This document shows positions 6,879-15,958 of a stretch of 34,187 nucleotides of DNA, piece by piece. Under the pieces are notes generated by a model. It searched no databases and was not told where the DNA came from. It saw only the letters and a list, made by a program, of their open reading frames with translations. Both the position numbers and the translations under genes were made by a program. This stretch comes from Aequorivita sp. (lineage in GTDB: Bacteria > Bacteroidota > Bacteroidia > Flavobacteriales > Flavobacteriaceae). The stretch covers positions 1-34,187 of the forward strand of contig DAIMFZ010000002.1 in assembly GCA_036724225.1 (NCBI GenBank), written 5' to 3'. Numbering within the stretch: the first letter of the stretch is position 1; the number at the start of each line of letters is the position of its first letter.

Positions 6879-6925
6879 TTTTCTCTTTTCTCTTTTCTCT
6901 TTTCTCTTTTCTTTTTTCTCTTTTC
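6879..6925. repeat. (TTTTCTC)n heptamer microsatellite in the pdhB leader
   Basis: About 6 near-perfect ttttctc units. Confidence 0.8.
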
Positions 6926-6947
6926 GCTGCTCTATTTTCAGGGGTAA

Positions 6948-6955
6948 CAAAAATA
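6948..6955 (-). promoter_or_regulatory. Bacteroidota -7 promoter element for pdhB
   Basis: Minus strand TATTTTTG matches TAnnTTTG. Confidence 0.45.
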
Positions 6956-7113
6956 AAACTAATTATTGATTTGGGGTAATGATTTTGACAAATGCTTTTT
7001 TTGAATTATATTCAAGCCAAGTCACTATTTTTTTGCTTTTGGTTGCAGTTCACAGTTTGTTTTCACGTTGAACTTATTCTAAATAAAATCAAATTCAAAA
7101 AACTTTACTGTAT

Positions 7114-7144
7114 AAAAAAAGCCCCAGTTTTCACTGAAGCTTTT
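7114..7144 (-). terminator. Probable intrinsic terminator downstream of tRNA-Leu
   Basis: aaaaaaagccccagttttcactgaagctttt: imperfect hairpin followed by a U-tract on the minus strand. Confidence 0.45.
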
Positions 7145-7173
7145 CGTGGCCTGCACTGAGCAAAGCCGAAGTG

Positions 7174-7255
7174 TACAGGCGGAGAGACTCGAACTCTCAC
7201 ACCTCACGGCACTAGATCCTAAGTCTAGCATGTCTACCAATTCCATCACGCCTGC
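7174..7255 (-). tRNA. tRNA-Leu (TAG)
   Basis: GCAGGCG/CGCCTGT acceptor stem, D-loop TGGTAGAC, anticodon arm CTAGA-CTTAGGA-TCTAG, long variable arm, GTTCGAG T-loop. No encoded CCA. Confidence 0.96.
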
Positions 7256-7299
7256 ATCAAAATTTTTTACAACACTTAGGACATATTGTAAAAGGAGTG

Positions 7300-7307
7300 C
7301 AAATATA
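7300..7307 (-). promoter_or_regulatory. Bacteroidota -7 promoter element for tRNA-Leu
   Basis: Minus strand TATATTTG, 45 nt upstream of the tRNA. Confidence 0.6.
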
Positions 7308-7358
7308 AATAATACTTCCAAATGATTGCCAACTTATCTTAAAAATTTTCAGTTACAT

Positions 7359-7853
7359 CTAACTTCGCAACCACATTATCATTTTTGGAAAAGTTTGATC
7401 GCCTTCCGAAACGGTCAAACCCATCCATTGCAGTAAAGGAAGACCAATGTAGTTTCCGCTCTCAAATTGTTCTGCAAGCCATTTTGCCTGGCCTTTGTAG
7501 CCTTCTTCGTGAAAAACAATTTCAGGCACTATGCCAATTTTCTTGGCTGCGGCATATGACCAAAGCAAAACCGCCATTTCATCACCAGCTTTCGCTTCAT
7601 TATTTTCAATAACATTATCATTTAAAGCTTTTCTTTCTTCAGAAAGGGTTACAGCAATATGTCCCGCTTCGTGAAGCAAATCGCCGGGGTATTTCAGTTT
7701 TTCCAAATCAATTTGCAAACTCCCATTTTTGATTTGAATTCCAGGCAAAAAAGTTTCGGATTCAATCTTCGTATAATTATACCGAATAGCTATTTCATCA
7801 AAAAACTGAAAAATCCTTTCCAACACAAAGTCGCGTTCTTTTCCCTGCTTCAT
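7359..7853 (-). CDS. Hypothetical protein with HExxH motif (possible metallopeptidase-like)
   Basis: PGDLLHEAGHIAV and downstream GDEMA. ATG overlaps the upstream stop (TAATG). Confidence 0.75.
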   Translation of the reverse strand: MKQGKERDFVLERIFQFFDEIAIRYNYTKIESETFLPGIQIKNGSLQIDLEKLKYPGDLLHEAGHIAVTLSEERKALNDNVIENNEAKAGDEMAVLLWSYAAAKKIGIVPEIVFHEEGYKGQAKWLAEQFESGNYIGLPLLQWMGLTVSEGDQTFPKMIMWLRS

Positions 7854-8545
7854 TAAAGTTCCTTTTGTAGTTGTGCAATCATTTTTTCAGAAGTTTCGGT
7901 ATTCATCAATTTCAACTGCTCAATCATTTGAAGTTTGGTCTCCCTGGAATATTCGGGTTGCTTTGTTTCAATTTCAAAATTATATCCACATTTTGCAAAC
8001 AGATTATCGGACCACTCATTGCGCAAACAATCCATCACCAAATGAATTCTATCGGTTTTCCCATCGTTGCGAACGCTGTGCGGCAAGTTGAAATTTCCGT
8101 ACCAACATTCATTTGGCAACATTTTCACCTCATTGGAATTGATTACAAAATGTACATCTTCATTCGTAGTAATAGGAATGTGAATTCTGAAAATCCCGTC
8201 TTCATAACCCAAATTGTAATCTGTATGTTCTTTAATAACGCTGCCAGGTTTTAGATTTAAAAGTCGGATTGATTCTTTTTCACATTCAAAAGAATTGACA
8301 ATCTCTCTAAAATAACCACATTTCTGAAGCAATTCGGTGTCCTTATATTTTTCCTCACCTTGCGGAAGTGCAAAAATATTATCCATTTCACCGTTTTGCG
8401 AGCGCAATGCAATCGACGTCCATTCTCCGGAATAATCATTTTTGTTGAAGTGGGAAGTGAAGTTGTAATTTTTACAAATCTTCAAATCATTCAGCAGTTT
8501 CTCTTCCGTAAAGTGAAAAGGCAATTTTAAAAAAGCGTTTTGCAT
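7853..8545 (-). CDS. Aspartyl/asparaginyl beta-hydroxylase domain protein (Fe/2OG dioxygenase)
   Basis: RLLNLKPGSVIKEHTD (HxD), RIHIPITTN, PHSVRNDGKTDRIHLVMD. Start re-placed at ATG 8545. Confidence 0.88.
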   Translation of the reverse strand: MQNAFLKLPFHFTEEKLLNDLKICKNYNFTSHFNKNDYSGEWTSIALRSQNGEMDNIFALPQGEEKYKDTELLQKCGYFREIVNSFECEKESIRLLNLKPGSVIKEHTDYNLGYEDGIFRIHIPITTNEDVHFVINSNEVKMLPNECWYGNFNLPHSVRNDGKTDRIHLVMDCLRNEWSDNLFAKCGYNFEIETKQPEYSRETKLQMIEQLKLMNTETSEKMIAQLQKEL

Positions 8546-8704
8546 AAAATGAAAGCATTGGTTCACTCGACAAATTACGCCATTTTTAGTACTTTTAGAA
8601 AAAATATTATATACTAATGAAATGCCCTTTCAAAACCATAAAAATAATACCTGATAATTAATAGGGCATTCCATTTTCCATTAAAAATCAAATAATATAT
8701 ACGA

Positions 8705-10093
8705 ATGAAAAGTGCAAAACCCTACATTGAAAAAAACAAACAGCGATTTTTGGACGAATTGATAGAACTGTTGAAAATTCCTTCCATCAGCGCCGATTCA
8801 GCCTATAAAAAAGATGTGCTAAAAACCGCAGAAGCGGTAAAAAAACAACTTGAAAAAGCGGGCTGCGATTCTGTGGAAATCTGCGAAACACCTGGTTATC
8901 CTATTGTTTATGGCGAAAAATTGATCGATAAAAAACTACCTACTATTTTGGTTTACGGCCACTACGATGTGCAACCGCCAGATCCATTGGATTTATGGGA
9001 AAGTCCGCCGTTTGAACCGGTCATCAAAAAAACAAAACTACATCCCGAAGGTGCCATTTTTGCCCGCGGAAGTTGTGATGACAAAGGCCAAATGTACATG
9101 CACGTAAAGGCTTTGGAATATATGACCGAAACAAACCAACTGCCCTGCAACGTGAAATTTATGATTGAAGGCGAAGAGGAAGTTGGCAGTAACAGTTTGG
9201 GGTGGTTCGTTTCAAAAAACAAAAAGAAATTGGCCAATGACGTAATTTTAATCAGCGACACAGGAATGATTTCTCCAGACGTTCCTTCCATCACCACTGG
9301 CCTGCGCGGTCTAAGTTATGTGGAAGTGGAAGTTAAAGGCCCGAATCGCGACCTTCACAGCGGGCTTTACGGAGGCGCCGTGGCAAACCCAATAAATATT
9401 TTGGCGAAAATGATTGCTTCGCTTCACGATAAAAACAATCACATCACTATTCCCGGGTTTTATGATGAAGTGCAAAATCTTTCAAAAAAGGAACGCGAGA
9501 AAATGGCGGAAGCACCTTTCAATTTAAAAAATTACGAAAAGGCTTTGGATATTGACACGGTTTATGGGGAAAAAGGCTATTCCACCAACGAGCGCAATTC
9601 CATTCGTCCTACTTTGGATGTAAATGGAATCTGGGGCGGCTATACGGGCGAAGGAGCCAAAACGGTGATTGCGGGCAAAGCGTACGCAAAAATAAGTATG
9701 CGTTTGGTGCCAAACCAAGATTGGAAAAAGATCACCGAGCTTTTCACTAAACATTTTGAAAGTATCGCCCCTGAAGGCGTTCGCGTAAAAGTAACCCCTC
9801 ATCACGGCGGACAAGCTTATGTTACGCCAATTGATAGCTTGGGTTACAAAGCAGCTGAAAAAGCTTACGAAGAAACCTTCGGTAAAACGCCAATTCCACA
9901 ACGCAGTGGCGGAAGTATCCCAATAGTGGCCTTGTTTGAAAAAGAGCTGAAAAGCAAAAGTATCTTGATGGGCTTCGGGCTGGATAGTGATGCCATCCAC
10001 TCCCCCAATGAACATTTTGGGGTTTGGAACTATTTAAAGGGAATTGAAACCATTCCGCAGTTTTATCATTTTTTTACTGAAATGAGTAAGTAG
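8705..10093 (+). CDS. M20 family dipeptidase (ArgE/DapE-like)
   Basis: YGHYDVQP, ARGSCDDKGQ, EGEEEVGS, DLHSG, IHSPNE. Confidence 0.93.
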   Translation: MKSAKPYIEKNKQRFLDELIELLKIPSISADSAYKKDVLKTAEAVKKQLEKAGCDSVEICETPGYPIVYGEKLIDKKLPTILVYGHYDVQPPDPLDLWESPPFEPVIKKTKLHPEGAIFARGSCDDKGQMYMHVKALEYMTETNQLPCNVKFMIEGEEEVGSNSLGWFVSKNKKKLANDVILISDTGMISPDVPSITTGLRGLSYVEVEVKGPNRDLHSGLYGGAVANPINILAKMIASLHDKNNHITIPGFYDEVQNLSKKEREKMAEAPFNLKNYEKALDIDTVYGEKGYSTNERNSIRPTLDVNGIWGGYTGEGAKTVIAGKAYAKISMRLVPNQDWKKITELFTKHFESIAPEGVRVKVTPHHGGQAYVTPIDSLGYKAAEKAYEETFGKTPIPQRSGGSIPIVALFEKELKSKSILMGFGLDSDAIHSPNEHFGVWNYLKGIETIPQFYHFFTEMSK

Positions 10094-10100
10094 CTATTTT

Positions 10101-10133
10101 AGACCTAACAGGTTTTGAAAACCTGTTAGGTCT
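10101..10133. repeat. Perfect 33-bp palindrome (REP-like, possible bidirectional terminator) between convergent genes
   Basis: agacctaacaggtttt-g-aaaacctgttaggtct, 16-bp perfect arms. Confidence 0.85.
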
Positions 10134-10141
10134 TTATTACA

Positions 10142-10717
10142 TTATATTTTCTTCACAAAATCAGTAATAATTACAATTTGTTGCCCATCAACCTTACCTT
10201 CAATATATTTTTCGTTTTCGTGATCCAGGGAAATTCTTCGAACAGCGGTGCCTTGTTTGGCAACCATACTGCTGCCTTTCACTTTTAAATCTTTTATAAG
10301 CACAACCGAATCTCCTACTTCAAGAATATTTCCGTTGCTGTCTCGATGGACCAATGCTTTTGCTTTGTTTTCAGCAAGACCTGCTTTTGCCCACGCCGCT
10401 GTTTCTTCATCCAAATACATCATATCCAATAAATCCTGTGGCCAGCCATCGGTCTTCAATCTATTTAACATGCGCCAAGCCGTAACTTGTACTGCAGGAA
10501 CAGTGCTCCACATACTGTCATTCAAACAGCGCCAATGATTGGATTCTACTTTTTCAGGATCTTCAATTTGCTCTTTGCAGGTTGTGCAAACTAAAATCGA
10601 AGCTTCCGCACCTTCGGTCGGCGAACTTGGAACCTCAAAAACACCCAAATTTTCTTGGTTTCCACATAGTTCGCATTTGTTGCCGCTTCTTAATTGCAAT
10701 TCCTTTTCTAAACTCAT
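10142..10717 (-). CDS. PhnA/YjdM-domain zinc-ribbon protein
   Basis: CELC...CTTC zinc ligands; C-terminal DSNGNILEVGDSVVLIKDLKVKGSS PhnA domain. Confidence 0.88.
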   Translation of the reverse strand: MSLEKELQLRSGNKCELCGNQENLGVFEVPSSPTEGAEASILVCTTCKEQIEDPEKVESNHWRCLNDSMWSTVPAVQVTAWRMLNRLKTDGWPQDLLDMMYLDEETAAWAKAGLAENKAKALVHRDSNGNILEVGDSVVLIKDLKVKGSSMVAKQGTAVRRISLDHENEKYIEGKVDGQQIVIITDFVKKI

Positions 10718-10744
10718 TTTTAAAATTTTGCCAAAGATATTCTT

Positions 10745-10798
10745 TTGAAATCGAAAACGAAACTGAAATCGAAATCGAAACCGAAACCGAAAACTAAA
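10745..10798. repeat. NNGAAA hexamer microsatellite (9 units)
   Basis: ttgaaa tcgaaa acgaaa ctgaaa tcgaaa tcgaaa ccgaaa ccgaaa actaaa. Confidence 0.85.
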
Positions 10799-10829
10799 TG
10801 AAGTGCTTAATTTTCGATTTTCTGTTTGT

Positions 10830-10889
10830 TTTGGTGTTTGAGGTTTGAGGTTTGGGATTTATTTGGAATTTATTTTTTGGAATTTGAAA
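10830..10889. repeat. TTTGRRR heptamer array
   Basis: tttggtg tttgagg tttgagg tttggga ttta tttggaa ... tttggaa tttgaaa. Confidence 0.7.
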
Positions 10890-10898
10890 TTAAAACTC

Positions 10899-10941
10899 TT
10901 CTACATTTGTAGAATTAAAATATTTGTTCTACGTTTGTAGA
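10899..10941. promoter_or_regulatory. Two BlaI/MecI/CopY-type operators (TACA-NN-TGTA)
   Basis: ttcTACAttTGTAgaa (10899-10914) and tcTACGttTGTAga (10928-10941), directly upstream of the BlaI-family gene. Confidence 0.8.
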
Positions 10942-10959
10942 GTACTTTAAAATTCAATT

Positions 10960-11337
10960 ATGTCCTTATCCAATTCCGAAGAACAATTAATGCAGATCTT
11001 GTGGAAGCAGGAACGCGCCCTTATGAAAGATTTGATAGAAGCCTATCCAGACCCAAAGCCAGCAACCACGACTGTTGCCACGCTTTTGAAGCGGATGCAG
11101 GACAAAAATTTTGTGGATTACGAGCAACTTGGCCGTGCGCGTGAATATTTCCCATTGGTGAAAAAGAAGGATTATTTTTCAAAACACGTCAATGGTTTGA
11201 TCAAAAATTTCTTCAACAACAGTCCGTCGCAGTTTGCTTCGTTTTTTACTGAAGAAACCAATCTTTCAAAAAAAGAACTGGAAGCACTTAAAACATTGAT
11301 TGATTCCGAAATTAAAAAGAAACATCCAAAAAAATAA
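10960..11337 (+). CDS. BlaI/MecI/CopY family transcriptional repressor
   Basis: LSNSEEQLMQILW, PATTTVATLLKRMQDK, REYFPLV; upstream of an M56 gene. Confidence 0.93.
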   Translation: MSLSNSEEQLMQILWKQERALMKDLIEAYPDPKPATTTVATLLKRMQDKNFVDYEQLGRAREYFPLVKKKDYFSKHVNGLIKNFFNNSPSQFASFFTEETNLSKKELEALKTLIDSEIKKKHPKK

Positions 11338-11416
11338 TGATGACTAGAAAACTAAAACTTGATTGGATGTTCAATCAAACCATTAAAAAACAATATTAAC
11401 GATTGATTAAGTAGTT

Positions 11417-12718
11417 ATGGAACTATATTTATTGAAGTCCGCAGCCATTCTCGCCATTCTTTTCACTTTTTACAAATTGGTTATGGAAAATACTTCCATT
11501 CACAATTTTAAGCGGTTCTATTTATTAGGAAGTTTATTGGCCTCCCTTTTAATTCCACTTATAACATTTACCAACTATGTGGAAGTTTCTCCAGTTCTGT
11601 CCATTTACACTGAAGGAACTCCGCAACTTGTCTTTACCCCATCCGAAGAAACCGTCAATTACTGGCCGTTTGTACTTTGGACAATCTACACTTTTGGCGT
11701 CTTGTTTTTCAGTGTGAAATTTTTAAAAAATCTTTTCAATCTAATTCAAAAAATTAAGAGGAATCCTAAATATAGAAATAGTAATTTCATCAATGTTCTC
11801 TTAAAGGAAAATATTATTCCCCATACTTTTTTCAGCTATATTTTTCTGAATAAACGTCAATTCGAAAATGGGGATATTCCACAGGAAGTAATGCTTCACG
11901 AACAAACCCACGCCATTCAAAAACACAGTTTGGACGTTATTTTTGTCGAAATTTTACAAATTCTTTTTTGGTTCAACCCATTGTTTTATTTCCTAAAAAG
12001 AAGCATTAAATTGAATCACGAATTTTTGGCAGATCGCTCCGTTTTGAACGCTGGTACGGAAACTTCGGAATATCAAAAAATATTGTTGGCATTCTCATCA
12101 AATGTCTTTACGCCTGCATTGGCACATTCAATCAATTATTCATTTATCAAAAAACGATTTACAGTTATGAAAACACACACCTCAAAAAGAGCCATTTGGC
12201 TTCGAAGTCTTTTGCTTTTGCCCTTGCTTTCCATCTTGATTTATGGGTTTAGTACGAAAGAAGTTGTTGCAAAACAAGTTAAAAACAATATTGTAAATGC
12301 CACTGACACTATCGAGGATATTAGAATTGTGATTGATAAAAACTCACAACTCACTTTAAACGGAATTCCTGTTAATCTTGAAAATCTTAAAACAGAGATA
12401 AACAAACACAATACACATCTTAGCCCAACCCAAAAGCAAAAATATCTTTCTGCCAATGTGGGTCTACACAGTGAAAAGGATAATGATTTAGTTGAAAACA
12501 TAATAGAAATACTCTATGCTAGCAATTATAGAAACCTAAGTATCTACAACTTAAAAAACATGGAAGATGCCAAGTTGGACACAAATTTTATAGTCAATTC
12601 CCTATCTGGGAAAACCGTTGAGGAAGCCGAAATTTTATACCAAGAGCGTTTGAAGGAAAATGAAAAGTTTAAAATCGCAATGCAGAACACAAAAAAATAT
12701 CAAAACAATGCCTTGTAA
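11417..12718 (+). CDS. BlaR1/M56 family membrane peptidase, N-terminal part (ends at a probable premature TAA)
   Basis: TM helices, PHTFFSYI, HEQTH, WFNP, HEFLAD, IKKRFTVM. Confidence 0.88.
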   Translation: MELYLLKSAAILAILFTFYKLVMENTSIHNFKRFYLLGSLLASLLIPLITFTNYVEVSPVLSIYTEGTPQLVFTPSEETVNYWPFVLWTIYTFGVLFFSVKFLKNLFNLIQKIKRNPKYRNSNFINVLLKENIIPHTFFSYIFLNKRQFENGDIPQEVMLHEQTHAIQKHSLDVIFVEILQILFWFNPLFYFLKRSIKLNHEFLADRSVLNAGTETSEYQKILLAFSSNVFTPALAHSINYSFIKKRFTVMKTHTSKRAIWLRSLLLLPLLSILIYGFSTKEVVAKQVKNNIVNATDTIEDIRIVIDKNSQLTLNGIPVNLENLKTEINKHNTHLSPTQKQKYLSANVGLHSEKDNDLVENIIEILYASNYRNLSIYNLKNMEDAKLDTNFIVNSLSGKTVEEAEILYQERLKENEKFKIAMQNTKKYQNNAL

Positions 12719-12724
12719 ATTGAT

Positions 12725-13681
12725 GTGCGCGATGAGGTTGAAAGAATTGAAATCACTGGAAAAATAATCCAAAAAAATGCAACCAAGTCCGAAATAGCCG
12801 AATACAACAAACTCGCAGAAAAATATAACGCCATAGCTATTGAAAAGCGAATTATTCCATTGAAAGTTTTGAAGGTTTTGGAAACGATATATAGAAAAAT
12901 GACTGATGAGCAGAAGACAAATGCCGAACCTTTTCCTGAATGTCTTCCTTCCCCGAAATCTGCGGCAGGCAATTCAACCGAAAATCAAAATGAGAGTTTG
13001 AACAATGCAACTATTTATTACAAAAACAAGGTTATTACTTTAGAAGAGGCAAACGATTTAGTTGCCAAAAACAAAGTTTTATCAATGAATGTAATAAAAT
13101 TGGATGATGGGAAACGAAAAGTAATCATAACCGAAAAACCCATTTTGGATAAGAAAGCACCTGAACCACAAAAGTCCGCGACTGCACCAACTTCAACTAA
13201 AAACAATAACATTTCATTAAATATTTCGAGAACAAAAGAAAGTGGCATGCATTTCAATACACAGCCCAATACAATGAGTACAATGTATTATTACGAAGGC
13301 AACTTGATTCCTTTTAGCAAACTACACAAATTGATGAGTGAAAATATAAACTTAAAAATGTACATCACCGAAGAATCTTTTGGACATTCAATTGTAACAT
13401 TGTCCGAAAAACCGATTTTAGGTTTTAAGGAAATCTCGACAGAGGAAACCCAAACTCCTTTACCAGAAAACGAAAATTTATATATGGCAACAGAGGCACC
13501 GCCAGTACCAAATCCAAATCCTATAGAATACATAAAAGAATTGGCAAAAAGAGGGGCGATTTTCTATATCGGTCCGAATAAATACACTCGCGATGAAGCA
13601 ATTGAAATTGTGAAAAAAAGCACTAATGATGTTACTATAGACGTTAGCAAATACCCGCTTGTATATTTAGGTGGCTGTTAA
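12725..13681 (+). pseudogene. Probable C-terminal extracytoplasmic remainder of the M56 protein (same frame, after a single stop)
   Basis: Same reading frame as 11417-12718 (...GCC TTG TAA ATT GAT GTG CGC...). GTG start, no signal peptide. ATKSEIAEYNKLA-type and Pro-rich segments resemble flavobacterial M56 tails. Confidence 0.6.
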
Positions 13682-13699
13682 GCTGTAGATTAATTTCAA

Positions 13700-13739
13700 A
13701 AAAAATGCTTCCAAAGTTTAGACTTTGGAAGCATTTTTT
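13700..13739. terminator. Bidirectional intrinsic terminator
   Basis: aaaaaatgcttccaaagt-ttag-actttggaagcatttttt between convergent genes. Confidence 0.85.
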
Positions 13740-13754
13740 CTTTACAGGAATTTT

Positions 13755-15689
13755 TTAAAGTTTATTCCAAGTATCATTCAAAGGATTCACGTCCGGCACC
13801 ATTTTGTTGGGGTCCAAAACCACACGTTGCACTTGTTTGGTGGTTTTTAATAGGTGTTCCCAGCTATTGCCACGCTGCCAGATTTCAACTGGAAGATTAA
13901 TATTATCAGTTGTATTGTCTGTATAAATCACTTGAAGCTGAACTGGCATCGGGATTTGCCCATCGTTTTCAACTGTAATTAGAAAACCCCCTTGGTAAGT
14001 TTCCACGGAAGTGATGCCCAAATCTATATTGCCATTGCCGTAAAACCAACCCTTCCAAAACCAAGAAAGATCCTCGCCCGCCACGTTTTCTATATGGTTG
14101 AAAAAGTCGTTCGGCTGTGGATGTTTGTATGCCCAAGTATAGATGTAGCTTTTAAAGGCATTGTCAAAACGTTCCGTTCCCAAAATGTATTCGCGAAGTA
14201 AATAAAGTCCAATTGCAGGTTTATAATAGCCGGTATATGCAAGGTTTCTGGCGTTTGCAACATCTGGATAGGTGTCTATTCCTTCTCGGTTTTCATACGT
14301 TAAATATTGTACCAAACTACGTGGATTGTCCTGATTGGTTACAAATTCGCCATTGTTGAAATTTTTGGTACTGTAGTGATTTATAAACGTATTAAAACCT
14401 TCATCCATCCACGGATAGCGGCGTTCATTGCTACCAACAATCATCGGGAACCAGTTGTGGCCAAATTCGTGGTCGGTTACATCCCACATATCTGCGCCAT
14501 TGCTTTGGTAATGGCAAAAACTAACGCCTGGATATTCCATTCCGCCCACACTTGCCGCTACGTTGATAGCATTTGGATAGGGAAACGCAAAATAGGTTTT
14601 TGAATAAAATTCTATCGAAGCCTTGGTAAATTCCGTTGAACGCGACCAAGCGGTTTTGCCATCGCTTTCTTTGGGATAGACCGATTGGGCCAAACCTGTT
14701 TTTCCCCCGCCTAGATTCATTCGGGCCGCATCCCAAATAAAAGCTGCCGATGCCGCCCAAGCCACATCGCGTGTGTTTTCCATTTTGAAGTGCCAAGTGA
14801 GTGTTCCGTTCTGTTTAACGGCGGCGACAGGTTTTCCAACCTCATCCGGGCTAATTATATAAACCGTTTTATCGCTTTTTGCTGCTTCTGCCAAACGGTC
14901 CTGCTGCGATTTGGTCAGTACTTCGTTTGGATTTTCCAGTTGCCCGGAACAAACCACGGTATGGTTTGCTGGGGCAGTTATTTTCACATCGTAGTTTCCG
15001 TATTCGCAATAAAACTCGCCCGCGCCCAAATAAGGATCGGTGTTCCAGCCCACAACATCATCAAAAACTGCAACACGTGGATACCACTGTGCGATGGCGT
15101 AAATGGTGCCTCCTTTCACATCAAGCCTACCCATTCTGTCCATTCCTTCAACCGGAACCTTAAATTTGAAATTCATTTTTATATCAACCGTCCCTCCTTT
15201 TGCAGGAAGTGGTTTGTCCAGCCAAAGCTGCATACGGGTGTCGGTGATTAAATATTTTGAAGATGTCCCCGTCTTTGTTTTTGCGGAAACGTTCGTCAAT
15301 TCAAATCCTCCTTCGGTATCGCCACTGTAACGATTTCCTTGCACGGGTGTTGTTAGTGTTCCCCGAGAATTTTCAGTGAAACGATCTTGTTCCAAATACA
15401 ACCAAATAAAATCCAATGTTTCCGGGCTGTTGTTTGTGTAATGAATGGTTACATTTCCGGAAACGGTGTGGTTTTTATCGTCCAGAGTTGCTTCCAAGTT
15501 GTAATCCGCAGAATTTTGCCAATATTCTGGGCCAGGTTTTCCCGAAGCTGTACGATACACGTTGCCCTGTCTATAGCTAAAATTGTCGAAAAGATGTTGG
15601 TTGTCCGTGATTACTTCCTGCGCATTGATTGCTGCGGAAATAGTGAAAAGTAACAGCGAAAGAAGAAAGCTGCTTTTAAAGTATTTCAT
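13755..15689 (-). CDS. Secreted M1 family metallo-aminopeptidase
   Basis: Signal peptide; GGMEYP, HEFGHNWF, WMDEGFN. Confidence 0.92.
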   Translation of the reverse strand: MKYFKSSFLLSLLLFTISAAINAQEVITDNQHLFDNFSYRQGNVYRTASGKPGPEYWQNSADYNLEATLDDKNHTVSGNVTIHYTNNSPETLDFIWLYLEQDRFTENSRGTLTTPVQGNRYSGDTEGGFELTNVSAKTKTGTSSKYLITDTRMQLWLDKPLPAKGGTVDIKMNFKFKVPVEGMDRMGRLDVKGGTIYAIAQWYPRVAVFDDVVGWNTDPYLGAGEFYCEYGNYDVKITAPANHTVVCSGQLENPNEVLTKSQQDRLAEAAKSDKTVYIISPDEVGKPVAAVKQNGTLTWHFKMENTRDVAWAASAAFIWDAARMNLGGGKTGLAQSVYPKESDGKTAWSRSTEFTKASIEFYSKTYFAFPYPNAINVAASVGGMEYPGVSFCHYQSNGADMWDVTDHEFGHNWFPMIVGSNERRYPWMDEGFNTFINHYSTKNFNNGEFVTNQDNPRSLVQYLTYENREGIDTYPDVANARNLAYTGYYKPAIGLYLLREYILGTERFDNAFKSYIYTWAYKHPQPNDFFNHIENVAGEDLSWFWKGWFYGNGNIDLGITSVETYQGGFLITVENDGQIPMPVQLQVIYTDNTTDNINLPVEIWQRGNSWEHLLKTTKQVQRVVLDPNKMVPDVNPLNDTWNKL

Positions 15690-15781
15690 TACTGTTTAAA
15701 TTTTAAAAAGAGGGTACGAATATAATAAATGAGTTGTGAAAATGTTGTTAAATCGAGTAAATATGAAATTCATTAAAGCAT

Positions 15782-15812
15782 AAAAAAAACCTCCGTTTTG
15801 GAGGTTTTTTTT
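15782..15812 (-). terminator. Intrinsic terminator downstream of tRNA-Met
   Basis: aaaaaaaacctcc-gtttt-ggaggtttttttt. Confidence 0.85.
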
Positions 15813-15814
15813 AG

Positions 15815-15887
<73 letters not shown>

Positions 15888-15958
15888 ATATGGATTTCCA
15901 ATATTCTAACCTTAGCTTTTAACTTTCGGCTCATAATACCGACAGAAATATTGGATCG

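Noticed and set aside
7174..7255. tRNA-Leu or tRNA-fMet as an integration site of an island
   Set aside because: No duplicated tRNA 3' end and no integrase in the window; both are followed directly by terminator-like hairpins.
7079..7321. 80-aa ORF (and 15798-16109, 103 aa)
   Set aside because: They overlap tRNA genes; spurious.
10582..10797. ORF ending in EIENETEIEIETETEN
   Set aside because: Translation of the hexamer microsatellite, antisense to the PhnA-domain gene.
11337..11399. 20-codon ORF (MMTRKLKLDWMFNQTIKKQY) and TTGATTG/CAATCAA hairpin between blaI and the M56 gene
   Set aside because: Too short and AT-rich to distinguish from chance without conservation data.
3053..15025. Guide targets at acccacgc (3053-3060) and gcccgcgc (15018-15025)
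   Set aside because: Only 8-nt matches inside coding regions, expected by chance in 34 kb.
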